64,000 bases of DNA from Sphyrna mokarran (Eukaryota): NCBI GenBank assembly GCA_024679065.1, contig JAGIQG010000013.1, positions 52,700,001 through 52,764,000 of the forward strand, given 5' to 3'. Position numbers and translations under genes: made by a program. The notes under the pieces were generated by a model, which saw only the letters and a program-made list of their open reading frames with translations, was not told the origin of the DNA and searched no databases. Position 1 is the stretch's first letter, and every line of letters starts with the position of its first letter. Shown piece by piece: positions 53,698 to 64,000 of the stretch.

Positions 53698-54719
53698 TGA
53701 CATGCTGTACTTAGCTGAAGTCATTAGATTACATTTTAGTTTCATTTGCAGCAATTTTTAAAAGCTGCATCTCGGTCTTTTGGAAAGATACAAATAAGAT
53801 CAAGCTTTGGAAAAGGTGCAGTGCCTACTCCAATCAGCTTGGATTGGGAATGTCTCAACTTGTTAAGACAATGAATTGGCCTTGATCTGATTGGATTGGA
53901 TTAAAAAAATACTGAGCCCATCAGACGTAGATCTGCTTTTTCAATTCAGAAAAAAACAGTTCCGAATTAGATCTTCATATTCTATGACTATTAATAAGTC
54001 ACTTGGTCAGACTCTTGACTAATTTGTATTTTTATTCTCAAGTCTGTTTTTACAGATTGTCATTTACATAACTTAATTTTCCAAAGTCAGATGTTTTGAT
54101 TCTGTTCAAGTCTTGAGTGAAAAAGTAACTTGCAATCTTGCATTTAAAGAAGTAATGCTGCAATAAAGACTCTTGCTGGCTTGCAAATGCTTTATAGGTT
54201 TCTGAAAACTGAAGAAGAATGCTGCTTCTGATCATGAAACCATCCTAGGAGTTTATTTTCTCAGCATTGATCTTTTGCATAACATCTCACATCTTCATTC
54301 CCTAAATAACAAATTAGTCCATGGCAGATTTACTCAGGCCTCCAAATGTGCAACTTGCCTATCTGTCAGATGTCAATAGACTTGGGATCCAGTGTTCTTT
54401 CCTTATTTGCTCTCCAGTAAAGAAAGGTAAGAACAATGTTTAGTGGCGTAAACATATTTAATGGCAATGTTATCCTAGTTTGCTAGGTTTCCATGGCCTA
54501 ATTTTATCTTTGCAGTGAGCTTCCACAGATCATAAGATGAAAGAGCCCTAGTAAAATATAACTGTTAGATAGAATTTTTATTGATCCTAGATTTTCTTTT
54601 CTAACAGAAAATGCTTGACCTCTACTCGTCTCATGTAACTTGAAATGAAGCAGCCAATGTAAGCAAAGGACATCAACTGCATTGAAAGGCAGCTATTGCA
54701 TTAAAAGTATTAAAAGACT

Positions 54720-55115
54720 TTCAATTATCTTACTCATTCCATGGCCACAGGACACCCAAAGTGCTCTATGGGCAATGAAGCAACTTCACATACTGTTGTA
54801 ATGTAGGGAAAAATGATGGACAAATTTGTTATGTGATAAGTTCATACAAATAGCAATTGCATCAATGATCTGATGGTCTGTTTTAGTGATAATGGTTGGC
54901 TAATAAATTTACTGCCATGATTCGAGTGTTCCTCTTCATACAGTGCCATTGGATGTTGTGCATCCACACAATTGGGCACACAGTTTTACATCTCATTTGA
55001 AAGAGGTTCATCTCTGATAATACAGCTTAATCTATTAGGTTATGTGCACAAGTCTCTGAAGTAATGACTGAACCCATGACCTTCTGACTCTGAAGTGGCA
55101 ATGCCATCGCTGAGC
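54720..55115 (-). mobile_element. Ancient SINE (SacSINE1/Deu-like); related fragments near 23680-23790, 29130-29450 and 50540-50850
   Basis: caggacacccaaagtgct..caatgaag..ctgttgtaatgtagg tail and gactgaacccatgaccttctgactc head on minus. Confidence 0.5.
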
Positions 55116-55712
55116 AAAGGGGAAGTTCTTTTCCAGTTTGTGCTCTTATTTGCAAGTAATGGTGTTAGAAGAATCTGTTGATAGTACAATGTAAACCATT
55201 CGCTATCATTTTTGATTTTAAAAGCAGATTTAGATGAGGAAGCACAATGCTGGGAAGTACGTGTAACAGTGACAAAACAAGAGGTCATCAATTTATGATA
55301 GCAAGAAAACCAACAGGGAATTCAGAAGAGACATCTCTATCAAAAGAGTGGTGAAAATGTGGAACTTGCTAACACAACGAATAGTTGATAGACATATTTA
55401 AGGAGAAACTTTAAATGCAGATGAGGGAAAAGGAATTCCAATTATAGAAATAGACGAGGAAAGATTGGAGGAAGCTGGAACGAAGTATTAACATTGCCCT
55501 GGACCGAATGATCTATTTTTGCGTAAAATTCTTCAGGGGAGTCAAGCTGAAGCAAATGCTTTGGAGATATTACTTTTCCCACAGTGCTTACTGTTTTATT
55601 CATAAATCTCGAAATCCACCACAATGAAAAATATACCTGTGCAATTCTATAATTTTCCCACAATACAACAGAAGAATATTGAGGATAGCTGCAGCGTAAA
55701 ACATGTCTCATT

Positions 55713-57305
55713 GTAGAGTCATAGAGGTTAGTAGCATGGATACAGGCCCTTTGGCCCAACTTGTCCATGTCAATCAGGTTTCCTAAACTAAACTAGTCCC
55801 ATTTGCCTGCATTTAAGAACATAAGAAATAGGAGCAGGAGTAGGCCATCTAGCCTCTCGAGCCTGCCCCACCATTCAATAATTTATAGCTGATCGGATAG
55901 TGGGTCAATTCCACTTACCCTCCTGCTCCCCATAACCCTTAATTCCCTTATTGACCAGAAATCTATTTACCTGTGACTTAAACATATTCAACATATTAAA
56001 CATATTCACCACTTCAATTGGCAGAGAATTCCAGAGATTCACTTCTGAGAGAAGAAGTTCCTCCTCAACTCTGTTCTAAACTGACTCCCTCTTATTTTGA
56101 GGCTGTGTCTTCTAGTTCTTGTTTCCTTTCTAAATAGAAAGGATCTCTCTGCCTCTATCCTATCGAGTCTGCTCGTTATCTTACGTGTCTCTATAAGATC
56201 ACCCCCCAGCTTTCTAAACTCCAACGAGTACAGACCCAATCTACTCAATATCTCCTCGTGAGCTAACCCTCTCATCTCCGGCATCAACTTGGTGAATCTT
56301 CTCAGTACTCCCTCTAAGGCCAATATATCCTTTTGCAAACTAGCGGACCAAAATTGCACACAGTACTCTAGTTGTGGCCTCATCAGTACCTTGTACAATT
56401 GCAGCAAGACCTCCCTGCTTTTATAATTCATTTCCCTCGCGATAATGGCCAACATTCCATTTGCCTTCTTGATCACCTGCTGCACCTGCAGACTGAGTTT
56501 TTGCGATTCGTGTACAAGGACCGCCAGGTCCCTCTCCAAGTAGCATGTTTTAATTTTTCACCATTTAAATAATAGTCCATTTTATTATTCCTTCCAAAGT
56601 GGATAACCTCACACTTGCCTACGTTATATTCCATCTGCCAGATCCTTGCCCACTCACTCAGCCTATCCAAATCTTCTGCAGATTTTCCACAGCCTCCACG
56701 CAATTTGCTTTCTCACTCATCTTTGTGTCATCAGCAAACTTTGTTACCCTACACTCAGTCCCCTCCTCCATATACGGTAAACATTTGAGGCCCCAGCACC
56801 GATTCTTGTGGCATGCCACTAGTCACTAACTGCCAACCAGAAAAGCACTCATTTATTCCAACTCTCTGCTTGCTGTTAGATAGCCAATCCTCAATCCACA
56901 CTAACACTTTACCCCCAACTCTGTGTACCTTAATCTTCTGCAGCAACCTTTTGTGAAGCACCTTATCGAACACCTTCTGGAAATCTTAAAACACCACATC
57001 CACCGGTTCCTGTCTGTCAACCGCACTCGTTACAGCCCATATTCCTCTAAACCTTTTCTATCCATGTACTTATCCAAATGTCTTTTATATGTTGTAATTG
57101 TACCTGGCTCCACCACTTCCTCTGGCAGCTCATTCCACATACACCCCGCCCTCTGTATGGAAAAAGTTGCCCCTCAGGTCCCTTTTAAATCTTTCCCCTC
57201 TCACTTTAAACCAATGCCCTCTAGTTTTGGACACCCCTACCCTGGGGAAAAGACCTTGGCTATTCAGCTTATCGATGCCCCTCATGATTCCATAAATCTT
57301 TATCA
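55713..57305 (-). mobile_element. CR1-like 3' end (55713-55813 plus 57032-57305) split by a younger CR1 insertion
   Basis: ..ctagtcccatttgcctgcattt | agcccatattcctctaaacc.. rejoins into a continuous CR1 3' UTR. Confidence 0.8.
55814..57031 (-). mobile_element. 5'-truncated CR1-like LINE (RT C-terminal part, frameshifted)
   Basis: ORFs 56755-56973 (FDKVLHKRLLQKIKVH..SGMPQESVLGP), 56473-56703 and 56039-56539 (RPQLEYCVQFWS..RTELRRNFFSQ); tail aagaacataagaaatagg. Confidence 0.92.
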
Positions 57306-57474
57306 GGTCTGTACTTCCAGAATAATCAGATTTAATTTGTCACAGATTATACTACTAGTTTTCAAATTTCCCAGAACAAACAAAGTGAATTTCAGAATAC
57401 AATCCCAAAACATTCATAAAAATGCTGAAATCCAATGTAAATAAACTGGAGTTATTTGGTCAATTTTAAGTTGT

Positions 57475-57940
57475 CACATGTCTGTCCTTGACCTGCTGCA
57501 ATGCTCCTCTGAAGCCCGGCACAAGCTCGAGTAGCAGCATTTTATCTTTGGATTGGGAACATCTTACCCTTGGGACTCAAAGTTGAGTTAGGCAGCTTTA
57601 GAGTGTGACTTTTCTCCTCCATCTAAAAGCTCTTCTTTAAAAAAAAATCCCATACACGTATTGCCTCGATGCGGTTCCCCCTCGCCGGCCCCACACCCCC
57701 GGCCACCCACCTCTTCCCACACCAAGCCATCTGTTCTTGTACTGAAAAGTTGCTACTTTCTCTTGCAATCTCTTACAGCTCTAACACATTTTCCCTCCCT
57801 TCAGTTCCCATGAAGAGCCAAAGGACTCAAAACCTTAACTTTGCTTTTCTCTCCTTATAAATGCTGCAAGACCAGCTGCATTTTTCCAGCATTAATATTC
57901 TTGTTTCAAATTCCAGCATCTGTAGTATTTTTCTTATTTT
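57475..57940 (+). mobile_element. Penelope-like element 3' end: GIY-YIG endonuclease C-terminus plus terminal repeat
   Basis: HMSVLDLLQCSSEARHKLE*QHFIFGLGT..PLGLKVE matches the PLE endonuclease ending (E..I..LGT..P.GLN); followed by a degenerate hammerhead-like motif at 57804-57839 and tail ttccagcatctgtagtatttt. Confidence 0.75.
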
Positions 57941-59399
57941 AATATTAAGTGGTGGCCTTGGATATAGGTCATTATTCATGGTTTTTCTTCAACTTTGTGT
58001 CATTTTTGAATTTCTATTTTTTGGGTGGGAGGGTGGTCGCTGTTCACCTTTTTAAGCAGGTCTCTCATGTTTCAATTTGGTGTTTTTGTGACAGCCGGAG
58101 ATAATTGCAACAGTGCACAATTTAAACCTCAATTTTACTGCAAAAAGCAGCAGATACATCTAGGTAGACCTCTTTCACTCAGAGGTTTAAGAAAATAAAC
58201 CTATATCCAATAAATGCCACACTCAATTCAGAAATGTCTCTGCAGTGGCGTGATTAATTTTGAGTAAATTCTCCAAGGTGATAGTTGGAGAAAAGCAGAA
58301 CGAGGCATAATTAAATGACCAGATTGTGTGTAAAAGTGGAGAGACAGCTGTAGACAGTGAAAAGACTGATACTGTTCAAAGTGCTTAAATGGAACACTAA
58401 AAAGATGGCAAGGGAAAAAATACATAAAGCTGGTCTCATTATTTAGATCCTATTTCAGATCTTCTCCAAATCATGTGTCTTTTCTCTCCAGCAATAGTCT
58501 GAAGGTATGCTACAATCCTAATATTATATATCTGATGATAACCTGCAACCTTAAACAGAAGCTGAAAGCAGACTACAAACTGAAGTTGATCTGAACAGAG
58601 TAAAATACAAATAATAAGGACTGTTAGAATGAGCTCGAACACACAGAATGACACAAGGCACACATGTACAGAAGCAACTGGTAATGGCAGAGGAAGAGGA
58701 ATCTATCATCTCAGAAGCCTTGGTTGATAAGTTGGGATCTTAAGGGACCTAATTAAAAAGAATGCTTCCTCAGCCTTAAGTGCTAGCACTATTGTCAGAG
58801 TTAATGCAAGCTTATGGGAAGCTGGTAGGGAGGTTCATCAGTTGTATGTACATGGTTTAGAAACATTACGGTCCACCATGAAACTATCACAACTCCATAT
58901 GTTTCAGCATTGGAGCACCTTCCATTACTCCTCACTACGCCTCCAATCTCTCCAAACAACATCCCCTCCACCTTCTCCCATCCAACTTCCTTGTACTAGG
59001 GCCTAATAGTAGTGAGCATTCTGTTTCCCTAGAATATCAGATAGTTGTCACCAAATAAGAGTTGTCTGCATTGAAATAGTGCCTACAAATGTAGTAAAAT
59101 ATTCCAGGTGAAATATTCCACTGCACACCAAGCCCCATAAGAAAATTTCAGATTAGGTGACCAAAACTTTGGTGAATGTTGAAGGTTTTAAGAGAGTCTT
59201 AAATGAGGAAAGAGACAGGCAGAGAAGTGGAGAGAATTCCAGAACTTAACAGTCTTGATAGCAGAAAGTTTGCTGCCAATTGTGGGGAAATGAAAGTTGC
59301 ATACATAACATTAGGAGCAACGCTACACTATCCACTGACCAAAATTAAGCAGGGCTCAGCAGCATAACATACTGGAACAGACACAGGTGATGATATTGG

Positions 59400-59800
59400 A
59401 GGGGGATTTTCCGCTCCCATTTTTATATTAAGCAGATTTCCGAAAAGGCTTTTACACTGGTAGGATTTCCCTGATTAATAGTCTCTGCTCATCCTTACCA
59501 AAGACGTAATGGAAATTCTAACTTTCATTAGCCTCAATCTAGATATCACTATCATAACTTTACTCCTCGTTAAATGTTAAACTGTCCATGGGGCAGTGCC
59601 AGAGGCTGGGTGCCATGGTGATGGTGGTGGTTGCGGAGCTCTGCCGGAGGCGAGTTCTGTGGGTGGAGGGGGACAGGCTTCCCAATCGATTAAAAACCTA
59701 AGTTGCTGGCAGGGCAGGCTGCCAGCTGCCTTTCACATGCCTTCGGGCTGTCTTCTGCTGAAGTCTGCCCAATTGTTCCCTCAAGTCATGTGATCCTCTT
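59400..59800. mobile_element. GC-rich MITE-like remnant
   Basis: GGGGGATTTTCC start; gggcagtgccaga..gggtgccatgg interior shared with other MITE-like blocks. Confidence 0.4.
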
Positions 59801-61711
59801 CTGCTGTGCTGTCCTTAAAGGGTCAATCACCACAATAATAATATGATGGGATTAAACTCTATATGCTGATGCTTAACTGTAGCTTTGGTGAACACTTGCA
59901 TCAATCTGGGTAAAACGGTTTAGTTATCTCGTTCGTAGCACGTGCTGGATTGCTATTGAAGGTTAAAACATTATCTATAGCGCATTGCATGGATTTCAAA
60001 GTGAAACTAGGGCAACTGGAGTTTTATATATATAGCTACAAGTTAAATACTTCTCCAACAGTGTCACTGTTTTATCTCACCAGGTTATTTTACTTGAGTG
60101 TAATTGTTCTTGTGATACATTAAATTATGGATAGTTGGCAGCATTATGAATGTAATTTCTTCTGATTGTGATGACATCATAAGCTATGAAAGCTAAGCAG
60201 AAGTGATTTATGATTGCCATCTGAACCCTCAGATTAAATTACAACTCCTCCTCATTTATCATTTAGAATTGTTTCACAAAATCTATTGTAGCCTCAGGAA
60301 AGTGAAGATGGTGTTGAAATCATACTGTGCACTGTGAAGTTCAATGGTATTGCTACCACTATGATAGGAAGGAAAGATATTTGTTCTAATCGCTGTGCAG
60401 TGCCACAGGAAGCCCTCTCATAGTTCATTCAAGCAGCCACTTGTCCAGATACTGAACGTTGGTGGCTAGACGTTCATGGTAAGCATCACAGATGCTATCC
60501 TCATCTAATGACCTCAGTTGTAACTTCCATCAGGCTATCATTGGAAAATAATTAGAAGCAGGAACCACAGTTTGGTTTCCTAATGCCTATCATGCTGCTG
60601 ATCTTTGTGGTTCAGGGCCACACTAGTGTATTTGCCTTTTGAGGCATCAAAAGTGCATTGTTGTAGTCCTCAAGTAGAATTAGGTAATAGTTAAAAGCTT
60701 AATGGTAAAATAATTCCATTTCAGTCTCAATGTTAATATATGTTCAGTCATTTTCACAGTAAGCCTCCTAAAAGACAGGAAGAGACGGCAAGAGATTTGT
60801 TGGACTAATAATATCCATCGTTGCTTTATGAAGCATGACTTGCTGTCCCAAGTACTACAATTTTGCATTTAAAAGTCCAGAATGCAGTGAAATTATCAGC
60901 TATATGAAAATAAAAAGACAGGGGAGATTTTAAAGAAAACAATATTATTGAAGAGAGAACCAGAGTCTAAACCACATAGGGTTTCAAATTACACATCATA
61001 AAGTAAATCCTTATCATTGTTCCCAAGTGCTTCTTTGTTGTCTATAAATCTCATGAGGCTTATTACTTATTTTGTTTTGCTTATCACATAATTTTTGGGT
61101 TTTAGAAGTCGGCAGTACCATGATTGTGACTTTTGGGTGATGAGCTAAGTCCTCTTGTAAAATGCTGTGTTTTGTTTAATTGACAGAAGTTTCGTCTTGC
61201 TTTTTGCATCATGAAGAGTCCTATTTCCTCATGAAAAGTAAAACCAATCACCCAAACTGAATTTCTTGGCAACCCCAGACCACGTAGTTATTTACCTTAA
61301 AAATTGTCTGAAATCATCACAACATTCCTTTTCTTTTCAGAGGTACTGAATTGAAGGCATGAGCTGTTTGAACTTTCCAAAGAAGTACTTAATAATATCA
61401 AGTGAAATTCCCCAGTGTGGCATTTCAGCATAGCCATTAACCCCTGCACTATAGTAATTTCACATGAATATCTTAGTCAGAATATACTACCAGAAATAAT
61501 TAAGCTTCATTAGCTGAGATTACTCTGTGTAGCAGAGGTTTCAAGCCATTAGCGGAGAAAAAAAAACTTCAGCTGGAACTACGCATTTGTACATTGTCAT
61601 CCCATAATGTGTTTCAAGGCCATAGTTCCCCACCACTAACACCCCCGCCCACCTAGTAACTAAATCATGAAAATGGGCAATTATTAAAACTAGTCAGAAG
61701 CAGGAACTTAC

Positions 61712-61884
61712 ATTTGTCGATCAGCACACATCTTGTTCACATTTTCCCATTCCACATCAAGCTGAGTCACTGCATCCTGTATTTGCTTTCCGTCTGTATA
61801 TGAGACATTCCGCAGAACACTAGGTTTCTTGCTGTGAACTGCTTCTACTTGGCCCGAGAGCGTCTCCAAGTTCCTTTTTATTTT
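61712..61884 (-). CDS. DMD: Dystrophin internal coding exon, equivalent to human DMD exon 43 (spectrin-repeat rod domain)
   Basis: Acceptor ctccag|AAAATA, donor CAAAT|GTAAGT, 173 nt (same as human exon 43), phase 0 to 2. Encodes KIKRNLETLSGQVEAVHSKKPSVLRNVSYTDGKQIQDAVTQLDVEWENVNKMCADRQ, matching human dystrophin motifs HSKK, QLD.WE.VNKM..DRQ. Confidence 0.95.
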
Positions 61885-63300
61885 CTGGAGTTCAGAAAAG
61901 ATATGAGATTGATTTTTTTTTCGTTGTGCAAGATAAACAAATAACAGCAAAAACATATCTGCTGACTGATAGGATTTACAAGTATTAGGGTTATTCAAAT
62001 CTTGATTTACATAAAAGATATGAAAAACATCCACAGTATGTTTTTTTAACTTAAGTGAGTTCAGCCCATCAGCAACTCTTTGTAAAGCAGAACCATTCCC
62101 ATATTATGAATAAAACAAGATTATCTTTTGAGAATGCAGTACTAATTCTTTATCACTACCAGAAACTCATCTTTACCCATCCAGAAAAGGGCAGCAGTCC
62201 GATGCAGACTAAAAATTCAGAATCTAAGACAGATGCTCCCAAACCACAGGCCGTGGATGATCATTCATGGTCGCAATCTCTGAGATAGTAATGGGGAGAC
62301 TCTGGAGGGACAGTCCTGAAGTTGGTGTCAAGAGTCCATTACACGTGCAAGACAATTTGTAAGTAAAGGCCAGACCACAGTTTTCAAAACGATTGTGAAC
62401 AAAACTATTGCCCCACTCTACAGCTCGATAGTTCTCCTCCCACTCTCACCCTCTCTGGATTACATCAATTTTTAAGCATCACTATGGAATCACTACGGTT
62501 GAGAAACACTGCTCTAAGAAGTAATGTTATCCAAAACCATCATTATGGCTAAGAATTGGAACAAATGTTGTTTCTTCCACATACAATTTATCTCTATCCC
62601 AAAATAATTCCTAGAAACTACAAAACAAAAACAGTATTCTCATCTGACAACAGAATCTTTCAATGAATCTTCCCTGATACATGTTTTTTCTGAATATGTC
62701 ATGCGTATTTAAAAAGAAATTAAGTCAATTGGGATCATGGATATATTTTCCACTAAATTCCGCAATGAAAGGAACCAATAAATTGTGGATTCAAGTTGCA
62801 GGTTATGTTTGGTTATTTGTAAAAACAATTCAACCAAAAACAGGTGAAAAGCTGAGGGATCTGATAATATACCGCACGGGCTTCAAGATCTCACTGGTTT
62901 AAAATCTCTGGAATGGGAACTAAGGCCAGAATTTTACAGATTGCTTATGGGCAGTCGTGTCCCTTACCCAGAAGAACCCAAAATCACATGAGGAGGACCA
63001 AGCACTCATCCCGGTATCACTGTGCACCCGCATGATATTTTGGTTAGTGGGTATAAGTGAGTCAGTTGTGTGCCTGCCAATTATTAAGCTGCCAGCTTAA
63101 TAAATTAAGTTTTATTGAAAGATTCTGTTGCCAGATGGAGAAAGCTGTTTTTGTTTTATAGTTTGTAGGAATTCATCTGAGGTAGACATAAATTGGAAGT
63201 TCAACTAACTTGAATTTTACGTTGCTGGTGCCATATTTAGGTCAATGCAAAACAACAAATTTGTCATGCAAGAGCACAATGACTGGAGAATGGAGCAAAG

Positions 63301-63534
63301 ATGTGGAGATGCCAGAGTTGGCCTGGGGTAAATAGAGTAAGAAGTCTCACAGCATCAGTTTAAAGTCCAACAGATTTATTTAGTAGCAAAAGCCACTAGC
63401 TTTCGGAGTACTCGTTGTCCTTCATCAGATGAGTGGGACTTCATTCAAATCCCACTCACCTGATGAAGGAGCAATGAGACTCTGAAAGCTAGTGGCTTTT
63501 GCTGCCAAATAAACCTGTTGGACTTTAATCTGGG
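63301..63534. mobile_element. Penelope-derived fold-back insertion with two hammerhead-like motifs and a probable 10-bp TSD
   Basis: Arms about 63356-63438 and 63450-63532; flanks TGGAGCAAAG (63291-63300) and TGAAGCAAAG (63535-63544). Confidence 0.85.
63457..63494 (+). ncRNA. Minimal hammerhead-ribozyme-like motif (mirror copy about 63394-63431 minus)
   Basis: Plus: CAC-CTGATGA-A-GGAG-CAATGAGA-CTCT-GAAA-GCT-A-GTG. Minus: CAT-CTGATGA-A-GGA-CAACGAGTAC-TCC-GAAA-GCT-A-GTG. Confidence 0.65.
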
Positions 63535-64000
63535 TGAAGCAAAGGCAGATTGAGTTGATAAAAGCTACTGAGAGTTAGGTGTGGGGTTAAATTAGAGATT
63601 TTTCTCACTGCTTTCTTGTAACGTCTTTGCACATTTTCTTTAGTCATTCTGAGAATTTGAATCCATTGGCACCTTCAGTGCACTGGTTAAGCCCATTAGC
63701 ACCTCAACAGATCGATACTGTTTATTCAGCAGGGGCACCTCCTCTGAGGAGGAAGAGAGGGGCTGAAAGGAAAGGAGGCCCAGGTGGACATACATTGCCT
63801 CAGGGATGAACATTTGGGAGATGAGGTACAGGCACAGGGGATGTAGGGAAAGCAAGAATGATGAATCCACAGATGACACCACTATCAGCTGTCAGGCAGC
63901 AATCCAATCACCTCAACATGACAGACTTAAGGGTGATTCCAACCTACTACTTTTTTGACAGGTTCGGTCGGGAGACGTGCGCGTGCTTCGATCCACATTG

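Larger units (their letters stand above)
52171..54011. repeat. Inverted duplication, arms about 52171-52515 and 53669-54011, spacer about 1.15 kb
   Basis: gtgacttattaatagtcatagaa / ttctatgactattaataagtcac; aacaagttgagacattccc / gggaatgtctcaacttgtt; aagtacagcatgtcaat / attgacatgctgtactt; colinear over about 345 bp. Confidence 0.92.
35314..61711 (-). other. DMD: DMD intron 43 (26,398 nt)
   Basis: GT at 61711-61710 and AG at 35315-35314 between two phase-compatible exons. Confidence 0.9.

Noticed and set aside
59920-59950. CpG cluster with palindrome AGCACGTGCT (E-box)
   Set aside because: A single short motif is expected by chance in 64 kb; no supporting evidence.
61180-61220. Minus-strand CATGATG..GCAAGACGAAAC as another hammerhead
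   Set aside because: The core is not CUGANGA and the stems cannot be formed convincingly.
35163-61884. Utrophin as an alternative identity for the two exons
   Set aside because: Diagnostic residues (HSKK, QLD, VNKM, DRQ, VEKWR, TEAEQ, terminal LK) match dystrophin better than utrophin as I recall it (HEKQ, QLN, INRM, DRK, MEEWR, TEAEE).
61885-62034. N-terminal extension of the exon-43 ORF
   Set aside because: Intronic read-through upstream of the acceptor; no dystrophin similarity.

Overview
Vertebrate genomic DNA, most likely a shark or other cartilaginous fish, judged from HE1-type tRNA-derived SINEs, CR1/HER1-like LINEs, Penelope-like remnants and GC-rich Harbinger-like MITEs. The whole window lies inside the dystrophin (DMD) gene on the minus strand. 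It contains the exon-43 equivalent (61884-61712, 173 nt) and the exon-44 equivalent (35313-35163, 151 nt), separated by a 26.4 kb intron, followed by more than 35 kb of intron 44; no exon 45 was found. Most ORF-track entries are spurious or transposon-derived. Highlights: (1) a candidate non-coding first exon in intron 44 (about 5095-5001, minus, GAG|GTAAGA donor) resembling, from memory, the mammalian Dp140 first exon, including a similar uORF; (2) three short Penelope-derived fold-back insertions (about 45.7, 50.2 and 63.3 kb) carrying five minimal hammerhead-ribozyme-like motifs with covarying stems, two of them with 10-12 bp target-site duplications; (3) two local inverted duplications of partly unique sequence (17.2-18.0 kb and 52.2-54.0 kb), the second containing U2 snRNA 5' fragments. 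Repeat boundaries are approximate and family names come from recognition, not database searches.
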